Part shown: positions 9,901-17,453 of the stretch, one piece after another
Position numbering within the stretch: the stretch's first letter is position 1
How the letters are laid out: each line of letters begins with the position of its first letter
Assembly (NCBI GenBank): GCA_002841945.1
Contig: PHBI01000002.1
Coordinates: 11,972 to 75,971, forward strand
Length of the DNA: 64,000 nt
Source of the DNA: Deltaproteobacteria bacterium HGW-Deltaproteobacteria-14
GTDB lineage: Bacteria > Myxococcota_A > UBA9042 > PHBI01
Direction of reading: 5' to 3'
Translations under genes and position numbers: made by a program
Notes under the pieces: generated by a model
What the model saw: the letters and a program-made list of their open reading frames with translations, nothing else
Told to the model about the DNA's origin: nothing
Database searches by the model: none

Positions 9901-10221
9901 TGGCGGCCTGTCCTCGTCGAGCCCGGAGAACGGGAGAGAGGGGGTCAGCGCCGACCAACGCGACGCGCGCACCATCGCGTCGAACTCGCGCGGTTCCATC
10001 GGCGAAGTGTGCTCGATGCGCGGGAGCGCGGCGGGCTCGAGGACATCAGTTCCGAGCTCGACCTCCCAAAGAACCTGGTCGGTCTCGACGCCGGTGCCGT
10101 CGGTATACTCCACCTCGACCAGGTGGTAGCGGCCCGCCTCCGCAGCGTCGAAGGGCTGGACGCCGGTGATCATCGCCCGGCGGTTCCTAACGACCGCCAT
10201 CATGCCCTCGCGCGGGTTCAT
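6970..10221 (-). CDS. SNF2-family (SF2) helicase/ATPase, 1083 aa, with ~400-aa C-terminal extension
   Basis: Motif I DAVGLGKTIQAG, motif II LIVDEAHNL (DEAH), motif III LTATPHNG, and helicase-C motifs (QRNGRLDRHGQ). Long coiled-coil-like C-terminus. Confidence 0.85.
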   Translation of the reverse strand: MNPREGMMAVVRNRRAMITGVQPFDAAEAGRYHLVEVEYTDGTGVETDQVLWEVELGTDVLEPAALPRIEHTSPMEPREFDAMVRASRWSALTPSLPFSGLDEDRPPLASPLYGAIYPEAYQLVPVLRALEMPRVALMLADAVGLGKTIQAGMVLRELMLRRRIRRVLVLCPAALRTQWRDEMQEKFALPFEVVDRPQTLKLQREIGIDANPWRSHERIIASYHYLKQPDVLEQFRSTSEPGEDGRLRWDLLIVDEAHNLAPASFGSDSDLSKMLQRITPWFEHRIFLTATPHNGHTRSFSGLLEALDPVRFTRKSDLDDEDRRRVGEAVIRRLKSEINTCYTDIGEAPRFSERHVEALPALHFGAHERALHLAVRDFRRALKKALRGADHQDRTAANFATEVLQKRLLSGPWPFGQSWLALIEGLDTPDDAVTAATVVRARNAHADESDNDAERESRQRHAERTVGAWLRQWKQAVAEEIAEVTRHVAAIGVTRVPPGLDPASHMAEVDARAVRVKADARLRALEALIDGSLRTPTGWRDDERLIVFTEYLASLDYLRANLRARYGDGPWLITLYGGMNDVERDAVKRAFNDPRGPARILLATDAAGEGLNLQRAARHMLHWDIPWNPARMEQRNGRLDRHGQERDVFIFHFDSTDDASMRFLGKVLRKRSQTREDRVITDEIFSDAILAHFAEDEDAAVSDERLDRVIGHAHATNADVADDLPAGAPLPGADDLAHLEALKTELDLSPASLRETLETALAIEAGRPRLENDGPGRERLVHPVPALWQELVDHTLRAGGPSGPMLALVFDPAHYVQPRNGRPVYLPEPDSRLLHLGDALYHRVMSTFARYRFPGGPSAATRWTVRSGDVPSDADALVLLTVEELAVNELREPCHHWVRTIVLPVRGDTLGAALSNRPAQASDGPRAPGDRDAARDLWDEVADAVKAHVRNLQAELTESLVLRLQASGKSVRDLERKRFDRRKKELERAIGENQLAKIAKEADKLREKARQLALFVDIDQEVQKRLADLDAELVLRKGHYEQVQERLAAEAERTLKQVLPKRYALRGEARVYPIAVEIRLPER

Positions 10222-10291
10222 TCTCGACCTCCGAGGCCATCGGTACCACGGTGTGCGCCGGTCTTCGCGGCGCCGTCGACTGCCGCCGTTT

Positions 10292-10307
10292 GAGCAACGA
10301 GTTGCTC
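10292..10307. promoter_or_regulatory. perfect 7-bp inverted repeat GAGCAAC-GA-GTTGCTC, ~70-85 bp upstream of the SNF2 operon start; candidate operator
   Basis: Palindrome read directly from the sequence, lying in the 378-bp intergenic region 10222-10598. Confidence 0.25.
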
Positions 10308-10447
10308 TGCGATTCCTCGGGGCTGCACGTCGCGACTCCTTGCCCTGGTCCGGCGGGCACCTTGTTCAGCACACCCCGACTCACTCGCTCCAACGGCTTC
10401 TACAAGCTCGACTACCACGATCCAAAGCAAGCCCTCAAGGGGAGCAC

Positions 10448-10464
10448 GGGGGGGCCATCCCCCC
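10448..10464 (-). terminator. G7-CCAT-C6 GC hairpin ~135 nt downstream of the helicase-cluster last gene; candidate terminator separating two operons
   Basis: gggggggccatcccccc at 10448-10464. No T-run, which is usual for high-GC genomes. Confidence 0.25.
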
Positions 10465-10598
10465 TCGCGAACGCTGGAAGGTGTCATGGGCGAGCGTCGC
10501 CAGGTCGCCGCCGACCGCGGCTTCAGGAGTCACCTGGGGCCGCAGGGCTCGGCCCGCCAATGCACGAGCGTGTCACATCCAGGCGTCGAACCGATAGT

Positions 10599-10985
10599 TC
10601 ATGCGCCACGCCCGAAGATGGTCACGAGTTCGGCGACCGCTGATGCGCTCCCGCGATAGTACTTGTCGAGCTGGGCGATGATGACCCAATGCTTCTTCGC
10701 GGTCGGGAGCGCGAGCCAGTACGTGTACGTCAACTCGCCGAACAGCGTGACCGAGGCGGCTCGGTGCGGCTGAGCCGCTCGGTTGGTAGCGTGGCGCCAG
10801 GCGCGGGTGAGCTCGGCGCTCGGGGCGAAGCGGCCCGGGACGGCGAGCTGGGAGGTCGCGTTCTTGCCGAGGGCGTCCTTGCCGCGAAGCATCAGGCCCT
10901 GCACGACCGCCTCGACGACGGCGTTGGCGTCTATCGGGACACGGACGTTGTTGCCTATGTCGAAGCGGGCGCTCGAGGCGGTCAT
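10599..10985 (-). CDS. 128-aa hypothetical protein, paralogous (C-terminal motif) to the ORF at 17232-17453
   Basis: 20 nt downstream of the helicase stop on the same strand. The C-terminus LTYTYWLALPTAKKHWVIIAQL is 12/20 identical to GYEYWLTVPSAEKDRFIVALLL in the 73-aa ORF. Confidence 0.45.
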   Translation of the reverse strand: MTASSARFDIGNNVRVPIDANAVVEAVVQGLMLRGKDALGKNATSQLAVPGRFAPSAELTRAWRHATNRAAQPHRAASVTLFGELTYTYWLALPTAKKHWVIIAQLDKYYRGSASAVAELVTIFGRGA

Positions 10986-11004
10986 GTAGGGACCATTGAA
11001 CCGT

Positions 11005-13089
11005 TCAGGCGGAGGCGGGCGCGGGGGCGCGGAGCAGGTCGGCGAGGAATGGAGATGGCTCGCCGGTCCACGTGACCGTGAGGTCGTCGCGGGCGCGGGT
11101 CATAGCGACGTAGAGGAGGCGGCGCTCGCGAGCGATGGCGTCGTCGCGGTCCTGGGGGTCGGGCATGAGGAGCGCGCGGCGTGTCGGGAGGCGGTCGGCG
11201 CCGACGCCGTGGACGATCACGGCCTTGAACTCGAGCCCCTTGGCGTTGTGCATGGTGGTCATGCGAACGCCGGGGCGGTCATCGCGGGCGGGCTCGTTGG
11301 GGTCGAGGCGGCACACGTCGTGACCGGCGGCGAGGAGCGCGCTCTGAAGGGCGTTGAGCTCGGCGTGGGTGTGGGCGAATACCCCGATCTCTTCCTCGCT
11401 CGCGTGACCCGCGGCCAAGATGCGTGAGACGGTCTGGCAGGCGACGCGACGTTCCTCGGCGACGTTCGACGCGGGGACGAGGGACGGGTCGGGGCCGGTC
11501 ATGACGCTGCGGGTGCCGTGGCGGTCCTCGGTGCCCTCTTCGAAGTCGTCGACGGTGTGGCCGAGGACCTGCTCGGCGGCGCGGCGGATCTGATGGGTCG
11601 TCCGGTAGTTCACGCGGAGGACGCGGGAGCGGCCGCGGGTCTCGACGCCGAGGCGGACGAGGGAGAAGCCGCCTGGGTAGATGCGCTGGCCGGCGTCGCC
11701 GACGAGCATCAGGTGGCCCGGGTGCGCGGTGGTGAGAGCGACGAGGAGGCGGATGTCGGGGACCGAGAGGTCCTGGACCTCGTCGACGATGACGGCGGTG
11801 TAAGGGGAGTGCTGACCGGTAGCGAGCGCCTCGGCGGCGGCGGTGCTGAGCGTCGGGAAGGTGTATTCGTTGGCGACGCGCATCGCGGCGAGGAAGATGC
11901 TGAAGACCTGCCACAGCGCCTTTCGCTGAGCGGCGCCGAGGCCGGTGCCGCGGCCGATGCGGCGGGCGCTGCGGTACTCGGGCCAGGTGGTGATGCCCTG
12001 GGGCATGATGACGTGGTCGAGCTCGGCCTCGATGAAGTCGAAGGGCCACGGCACGGCGGGGGCGTCGGCGATGGCGCGGTGGAGGCGGGAGCGGACCTCT
12101 GCGTTCGTCGTGAGCAGGGTCGGCCGGCGCGATCCGGCGGCGTCGACGATGTCGTAGGCGATGGCCTTGACGGTGCGGACGACGATGCGCTCGCGGGTCG
12201 TGGCGTCACAGAGGAGGTCGAGGAGGCGTTCGACGCTTCGGCAGAGGGCCTTGGTGAACGACGTCAGGAGCACGCGCTCGCCCGTCTGGGCGAGGTAGTG
12301 GGCACGGTGTACTGCGACGATGGTCTTGCCGGTGCCGGCGCTGCCGCTGACCTTGGAAGGGCCGGAGAAGTCGCGGGCGACCATGTCGCGCTGGTCGGGG
12401 TGGAGGAAGGTGATCCAGGTTTCGAGCGGCGCGGCGAGGGCACGCGCGAGGGCGTCGGCGTCCTCGGGGGCGTAGAAGCGCCGCGAGAGGTCGGGCGCGG
12501 CGGTAACCGGCTGATCCGGGGCGATGGGGGTCGGAGGGACGACCAGATCGCCGAGGCCGAGATTGAAAAGGCGCTCGCTGACGTCGGGGGCGAGCGTGGG
12601 GTCGCAGCAGAGGGTGGCGAGATCGTCTTCGGACCTGACCTCGCGAGCGAGGGGCAGCCACTCGGGCGGGAGACCGAGAGACAGGAGGTAGTCGTCCGAG
12701 TGGGCCGCAAAGCGAGGCGGGTCCTGGGTGACCGTGCGGGTGATGACGCGTTCGCGGACGCGCTCGACCTCTTGGATGTCGACGATCTCGAAGGTGCCGG
12801 TCTGGACGTTGCGGCCGGTGCGGCGGCGCTCGGCCCAGCGGTAGGCGTCATCGTGGTGGTCGACGTGGAGTAGGAGCCAGTGGTCACCGTCCCGGTAGAG
12901 GATGGCGCGGAGATCCTGACTGATTCGGGCCGACCAGACGCCGTCGCCGTGGGGGTTCTGGACGCGGTGGAGCTGAATCCCCGGGTGGGCCGGGTTCTCC
13001 TGGAAACGGGCGATGAAGGCGTTGGCCTGTGCCTGCTCAGTGGCGGCGAGGGTGGCGAGTTGGGCGAAGAGGTCGCGTGAGAGGAGCAT
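11005..13089 (-). CDS. UvrD/PcrA-like SF1 helicase (694 aa) with RelE/ParE-toxin-like N-terminal domain
   Basis: Walker A GSAGTGKT and Walker B VIVDEVQDL. The N-terminal ~90 aa (ENPAHPGIQLHRV...VWSARISQDLRAILYRDGDHWLLLHVDHHDDAY) fits the RelE/ParE pattern (...YRiiYri.d..v.il.v.hR.d.Y). Confidence 0.8.
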   Translation of the reverse strand: MLLSRDLFAQLATLAATEQAQANAFIARFQENPAHPGIQLHRVQNPHGDGVWSARISQDLRAILYRDGDHWLLLHVDHHDDAYRWAERRRTGRNVQTGTFEIVDIQEVERVRERVITRTVTQDPPRFAAHSDDYLLSLGLPPEWLPLAREVRSEDDLATLCCDPTLAPDVSERLFNLGLGDLVVPPTPIAPDQPVTAAPDLSRRFYAPEDADALARALAAPLETWITFLHPDQRDMVARDFSGPSKVSGSAGTGKTIVAVHRAHYLAQTGERVLLTSFTKALCRSVERLLDLLCDATTRERIVVRTVKAIAYDIVDAAGSRRPTLLTTNAEVRSRLHRAIADAPAVPWPFDFIEAELDHVIMPQGITTWPEYRSARRIGRGTGLGAAQRKALWQVFSIFLAAMRVANEYTFPTLSTAAAEALATGQHSPYTAVIVDEVQDLSVPDIRLLVALTTAHPGHLMLVGDAGQRIYPGGFSLVRLGVETRGRSRVLRVNYRTTHQIRRAAEQVLGHTVDDFEEGTEDRHGTRSVMTGPDPSLVPASNVAEERRVACQTVSRILAAGHASEEEIGVFAHTHAELNALQSALLAAGHDVCRLDPNEPARDDRPGVRMTTMHNAKGLEFKAVIVHGVGADRLPTRRALLMPDPQDRDDAIARERRLLYVAMTRARDDLTVTWTGEPSPFLADLLRAPAPASA

Positions 13090-13092
13090 TGC

Positions 13093-13449
13093 TCAGACCT
13101 CGGGAGCGGGGGGAAGGTCGAGCAGTGCCACCAGCTGGTCGAGCGCGTCGGGTGCCGTGGCTCGGAGCGCGATGGCGATGGTGCCATCGGCGTCGGGGCC
13201 GGCGACGGCGGTCGACGCTGCGGGGTCCTCGGCGTCGAAGAGGTGGACCACGCGGGCGCCGGTGGGTGCCCCCAGCCGGTAGACGAAGCCGGCGACGGAG
13301 CGCCTGTAGCCATCGATGAGGTCGTCGCTGTATCGGAAGACGTCCATGTCGCCTCGGCTGGACCGGCTGCGAACCGCGCACCCGTCGGGATTCGGGGGCA
13401 CGATACGCGGGCGGCCGGGGGTTGCCAACCGCGGCAGAGGTTGATGCAC
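13093..13449 (-). CDS. small hypothetical protein (118 aa; alternative start at 13347 gives 84 aa) immediately upstream of the RelE-like helicase
   Basis: ORF on the operon strand with its stop 4 nt before the helicase start. No recognisable motifs. Possible partner or antitoxin-like protein, by position only. Confidence 0.3.
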   Translation of the reverse strand: MHQPLPRLATPGRPRIVPPNPDGCAVRSRSSRGDMDVFRYSDDLIDGYRRSVAGFVYRLGAPTGARVVHLFDAEDPAASTAVAGPDADGTIAIALRATAPDALDQLVALLDLPPAPEV

Positions 13450-13491
13450 GCTCGCCGGCCGGGTGTTCCGGGGACGGGTGGAACCCCGCTG

Positions 13492-16400
13492 TCAGGGCCG
13501 AGACGTCAACTTCCGGATGTGGCGAGCCAGGTGCTTCTCGTAGAGGTCGGCCCGCACTTCGAAGCGGCAGACAGGACAGCGACCGAACCCGCCGGCGCTC
13601 GAGCTTCGGTCGAGCGGGTGGGAGGCGACGATGTGGCGCGCGAGCTGGGCCGTTCCCATTGGGGCGTTGCAGATAGGACACCCGGGGCCCACCGACCGCT
13701 TTGGGGTTGGCGCCCTGCCCTTCTTTGCGTGGCTCTTGGCCGGCGCCGCCGCTTTGACTGTGGGCGCGCGGGCGGGCAGTGCTGATGGCGTGGGGACCGA
13801 CGTTGTTGACTTCGGGGAAGGGATGCTCTCGAGCGGCGCGCCGTCGCCATCGGGCGGGCGGTCGGACTCGGCGACCAGGAGGCAACGATCGATGTCTTGG
13901 ATGATGCGCGTGAGCCTCGCGCCCTCGGTATTCGCGTCCGAACCTTTGCCGGACACCCAGAGCACCGAGCGCGCCCTGGTCATCGCGACATAGAGGTTCG
14001 TGGCGAGGATGCCGCCGGCTTTGTGCACGAACCCGTCGGCGCAGGCGACAGCGACAATCTCGGCGTCGTGCCCTTTGAAGGAGTGGGGTGTCGAGACCAC
14101 GATGGTGTCATCGCTCGAGGTCAGCTGTTCACTGGCCTGGGCGATGATCTTGGCGCCCGCGCGCTTCACCACGGGAGTAAGGGTGGCCTCGATCTTGCCG
14201 CAGTGGGAGAGCCTGTTGGCGATGATCCGTATGTCGCGCGGGCGGACACCCTCGTTGCGAATCCACTTCTCGATCTGCTGGCCGAGCGTCTCCAGCTCGG
14301 CATCCCGGGAACCGAACAGCTCGACCTGAGGCCGAGGCCCGTCGACGTGGCAGAACCTGACCCGCCACCACGGACGCTTGCCGGCGTGACCCTCTACGAC
14401 GAGGCCACGCTCGAGCAGCTCGCGATGGTCCGGGTCTTCACGCGGTGGGAGAAGCCGGTACAGCAGATTGAGCGCAAACTCGGTGATGGGCCGCGTCGAA
14501 CGAAAGCTTTCCTTCATGACCGTGGAGCGGCCTCGCATGTCGATCCCGAGGTCTGACCACTGGGGCGTCCCGCGTCCGTAGATGTTCTGGGCGTTGTCGA
14601 AGAAGATCACCGCTTGCCGCCGGTTGCTAGCCGAGTCGACCGGCTTCACGAGTTGGTGGAGCAAGCGGAGCGTCTCAGGGCCCATGTCTTGGCCTTCGTC
14701 GACGAACACGGCGTCGCACAAGGGCTTTGGTCTGCCGACGTTCGTGAGGTAGCGGGCCGCCTGGGTGTTGTAGTCGAAGGGATCACCCCGATAGTAGACC
14801 CCCGCGGCCTGCATCAAGAGCCCAAGAAGCTCCTTGATGTGAAAGTACGAGACTTGCTTCGTGGCTGGGTCGAGGCCACGCACCCGCAGGGCGTCGCTGA
14901 CCATGCCGTCGAGCAGGCCCTTCAGGGCTGCGTTTCCGTACACGATCCACAGCGCGCCACGCGGCTTCTCTTCGAGCGTCCGCGCGACCCAGGATGCCAT
15001 GACGACCGTCTTCCCGCTGCCCGCGACGCCGCGCACGAGGCGCGGGCCGCCGTCCATCCTCATGTTGCAGAGGCGCTCCTGCTCCGCGCTCAACAGCCTC
15101 AGCATGGAGCCCCGGTCGTCGAGCTGGGCGCCGAGCGTGGTGGGGTCCGACGCGCGGACCTTGGCCGAGGGTTCGTGGGCGACTTTGGCGGGCACGGCCT
15201 CCCAACGCGTTCGAGGGCCGCGGCCGCGGAGAACGCGCGGAGCGATGTGGTCGACGAGGGAAGCGAGGAATGGTTGCTGCATCTCGTCGCGACTCGCGAT
15301 GAGAAGCACGACCTGCTTGGCGCGGCTCAAGCCGACATTGACGAGTCGCATCCACTCGTGCGTGGGCCACGCCGTGCTCGACGCGTGCACCGTGTCGAAG
15401 ATCACGTAGTCGGCCTCGGCACCTTGCTGAGCATGGATCGTTGACGCCCGCCAGTGGTCGCGGGCGACGGGGTGGTTCGCCAGCCACTGACGGATCTCGC
15501 GCCCCTGGGCGACGAACGGCGACACGAAGAGCCCCGGTCCGCGCGCGAGCTTCGGGTGCGCGTCGAACACTTGGCGGAGCACATCGATGGTCATCGGCCG
15601 GTGCCAACTGCCGCCGCGTTCGGGGCGCTGCGCGCGGAAGGCGGCCGGGGACGATGCCTCTTCGTCGAGGACGTACCACAAGGCCCGAGGCTGCGACTTC
15701 AAGAGAGGATCGAGGTCGGCGCCGGCGGCGACCGCTGGGATCGGTGGGGCGTCCTCGAGCCGGCCGTCGTACTGGTAGTTGGACACGAGTTCGCGGATCT
15801 GAGGCGCCATACGCCACTGCGCGGTGAGCATCACCGTCGACGATGTGAGCGTCGTGGGCGTGAGGTGTGCGAGACTGCTCTCTCCAAGCCACCGCATCCT
15901 GCGCGGTACTTCGACGCGCGCCACGCGAGAGATCGGCGCGAGTTGTCGGGGGTCCCCGACAAGGATGACGCGGGTGCCCGCGTGGAGGGCGAGCGCTGCC
16001 GTGGCAGCTCTCGAGACCAACCCAGCCTCGTCGATGATAACCGTCGAGAAAGGCGGCGGGCCCCCCATCACCGGAGACTGTTCAGCGTCGGCGAGGATCT
16101 GTACTGCCTTGAAAGCGGTCGCAATGACGACCTGGTGTCCGGGATCGAAGAGCGCCAGGTCGGCTTCCCGGAGCTGCTTGCGTAGCGCCTCGATTTCTCG
16201 CTTGATCGCGGCGCGCTCCTCTGGTCGCGTTACGCGGTCCAACTCACGGCGCTTCGCGTTCAGCTCGGCGCGGATTGCGGTTTCGCCGCCGTCGAGGAGC
16301 TCCGTCGCGTCCGCGGCGCGGTAGCGCGTGAGGTCGGCACCGGCGCCAATCCGAAGGACCCTCGTGAGATCCGCCTTCTGTGACCTGCGACGCATCGCGC

Positions 16401-17103
16401 CAACGATACTCAGAGCGGCGCCATCGGTAGCCTTGTTCGTCGTGGAGACGACCAGAATGCGCTCGCCGGACCGCGCGGAGGCAGCCGCGACGAGCTCCCC
16501 GAGGCTGTGGGTCTTGCCGGTCCCGGGCGGACCCCAGAGCACGGTCCAGCGGTGCCCCCAAAGCGGCTCGAGCGCAGGCACTCCGAGACGCGATGCTGGA
16601 ACTGAGACAGCCGGGACCGTGCCAGCCGAGAGGCCGAGCGCCGCCCCGATGAGCCCCGCAGGTCCCCGTCCGGCCTGCTGATAGACCTCATGGAGGAACC
16701 GCGTGAACTCGAACGGCTTGACGATGAAGTCGCCGGGCGTCGGCGCGCCCGAACCGTCCTTGAGACCGATGAAGATGTCCCCAGCGTCGGCATCGATTTC
16801 ATAGACCGTCCCGCTCCATGCGTACCGGGACGCCTCGAAGGAGCCGGGACCGGCGATGTCATCGAAGTCCAAGGGGCGAAACGCGAAGCCCCCCTCCCAA
16901 CTCGAGTCGAGCTCGACGCGCCCGACGTGGACGCGGACGATGCTCTGGTCGGTCACGAGCGGGCGATCCACGCGGTGAGCGGCGATTCGAAGGCTCCGGC
17001 TACATACCCGATGTTCCGCGGCGACCGCGTCGCGTGCCTCGGCGAACCAAGTCGGACCAGCTTCGTGTCGGTGCGATGGTCTCCGGCTCGTCGACATCGC
17101 CAT
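13492..17103 (-). CDS. 1203-aa tandem SF1 helicase: Upf1/DNA2-like (AAA_11/AAA_12) core followed by UvrD-like core, with two C-terminal C2H2-like zinc fingers
   Basis: First core: GPPGTGKTH ... VIIDEAGLV ... VILVGDPRQLAPI. Second core: GVAGSGKTVV ... VFVDEGQDMG. C-terminus: CPICNAPMGTAQLARHIVASH and CPVCRFEVRADLYEKHLARH (C-x2-C-x11-H-x3/5-H). Confidence 0.8.
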   Translation of the reverse strand: MAMSTSRRPSHRHEAGPTWFAEARDAVAAEHRVCSRSLRIAAHRVDRPLVTDQSIVRVHVGRVELDSSWEGGFAFRPLDFDDIAGPGSFEASRYAWSGTVYEIDADAGDIFIGLKDGSGAPTPGDFIVKPFEFTRFLHEVYQQAGRGPAGLIGAALGLSAGTVPAVSVPASRLGVPALEPLWGHRWTVLWGPPGTGKTHSLGELVAAASARSGERILVVSTTNKATDGAALSIVGAMRRRSQKADLTRVLRIGAGADLTRYRAADATELLDGGETAIRAELNAKRRELDRVTRPEERAAIKREIEALRKQLREADLALFDPGHQVVIATAFKAVQILADAEQSPVMGGPPPFSTVIIDEAGLVSRAATAALALHAGTRVILVGDPRQLAPISRVARVEVPRRMRWLGESSLAHLTPTTLTSSTVMLTAQWRMAPQIRELVSNYQYDGRLEDAPPIPAVAAGADLDPLLKSQPRALWYVLDEEASSPAAFRAQRPERGGSWHRPMTIDVLRQVFDAHPKLARGPGLFVSPFVAQGREIRQWLANHPVARDHWRASTIHAQQGAEADYVIFDTVHASSTAWPTHEWMRLVNVGLSRAKQVVLLIASRDEMQQPFLASLVDHIAPRVLRGRGPRTRWEAVPAKVAHEPSAKVRASDPTTLGAQLDDRGSMLRLLSAEQERLCNMRMDGGPRLVRGVAGSGKTVVMASWVARTLEEKPRGALWIVYGNAALKGLLDGMVSDALRVRGLDPATKQVSYFHIKELLGLLMQAAGVYYRGDPFDYNTQAARYLTNVGRPKPLCDAVFVDEGQDMGPETLRLLHQLVKPVDSASNRRQAVIFFDNAQNIYGRGTPQWSDLGIDMRGRSTVMKESFRSTRPITEFALNLLYRLLPPREDPDHRELLERGLVVEGHAGKRPWWRVRFCHVDGPRPQVELFGSRDAELETLGQQIEKWIRNEGVRPRDIRIIANRLSHCGKIEATLTPVVKRAGAKIIAQASEQLTSSDDTIVVSTPHSFKGHDAEIVAVACADGFVHKAGGILATNLYVAMTRARSVLWVSGKGSDANTEGARLTRIIQDIDRCLLVAESDRPPDGDGAPLESIPSPKSTTSVPTPSALPARAPTVKAAAPAKSHAKKGRAPTPKRSVGPGCPICNAPMGTAQLARHIVASHPLDRSSSAGGFGRCPVCRFEVRADLYEKHLARHIRKLTSRP

Positions 17104-17231
17104 CGTGCGTCCTTTTCTTCGGCTCTTGGGGTGGTGCTCCCGAGTCAGTGCACAATGCAGGCCGGCACCTGCACCGTCGACATCGTCGAATACACGATTC
17201 GCAGCCCGTCCTCAAGTAGGGGCTCGCGGGT

Positions 17232-17453
17232 TCACAGCAACAGGGCGACGATGAAGCGGTCTTTTTCCGCGCTCGGGACCGTCAGCCAATACTCGTACCC
17301 GGAACCTCCTAACAACCCGTTGGGCGCGGAACTCAACTCCTGGCCGGACAGCGCCACCTCGCCTGACTCGCTAATCTCCAGGTCGACGTACACCGACATC
17401 GGACCTTCGAGACCTTCGAGACCAACCAAAATCGCCCCGTGTGACAATGGCAC
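17232..17453 (-). CDS. 73-aa ORF, paralogue (possibly truncated) of the 128-aa protein at 10599-10985; first ORF of the helicase cluster
   Basis: Shares the YxYWLxxPxAxK..hIVALLL motif. Lies 129 nt upstream of the tandem-helicase start. It is short, so it could be a remnant. Confidence 0.3.
   Translation of the reverse strand: MPLSHGAILVGLEGLEGPMSVYVDLEISESGEVALSGQELSSAPNGLLGGSGYEYWLTVPSAEKDRFIVALLL

Noticed and set aside
6970-10221. Assigning the first SNF2 helicase to class 1 DISARM or BREX
   Set aside because: No adjacent methyltransferase, DrmA/DrmB/DrmC, PglZ or BrxC-like genes within the window. The partners are a STAND NTPase and a HEPN protein instead. Genes beyond the window start could still change this.
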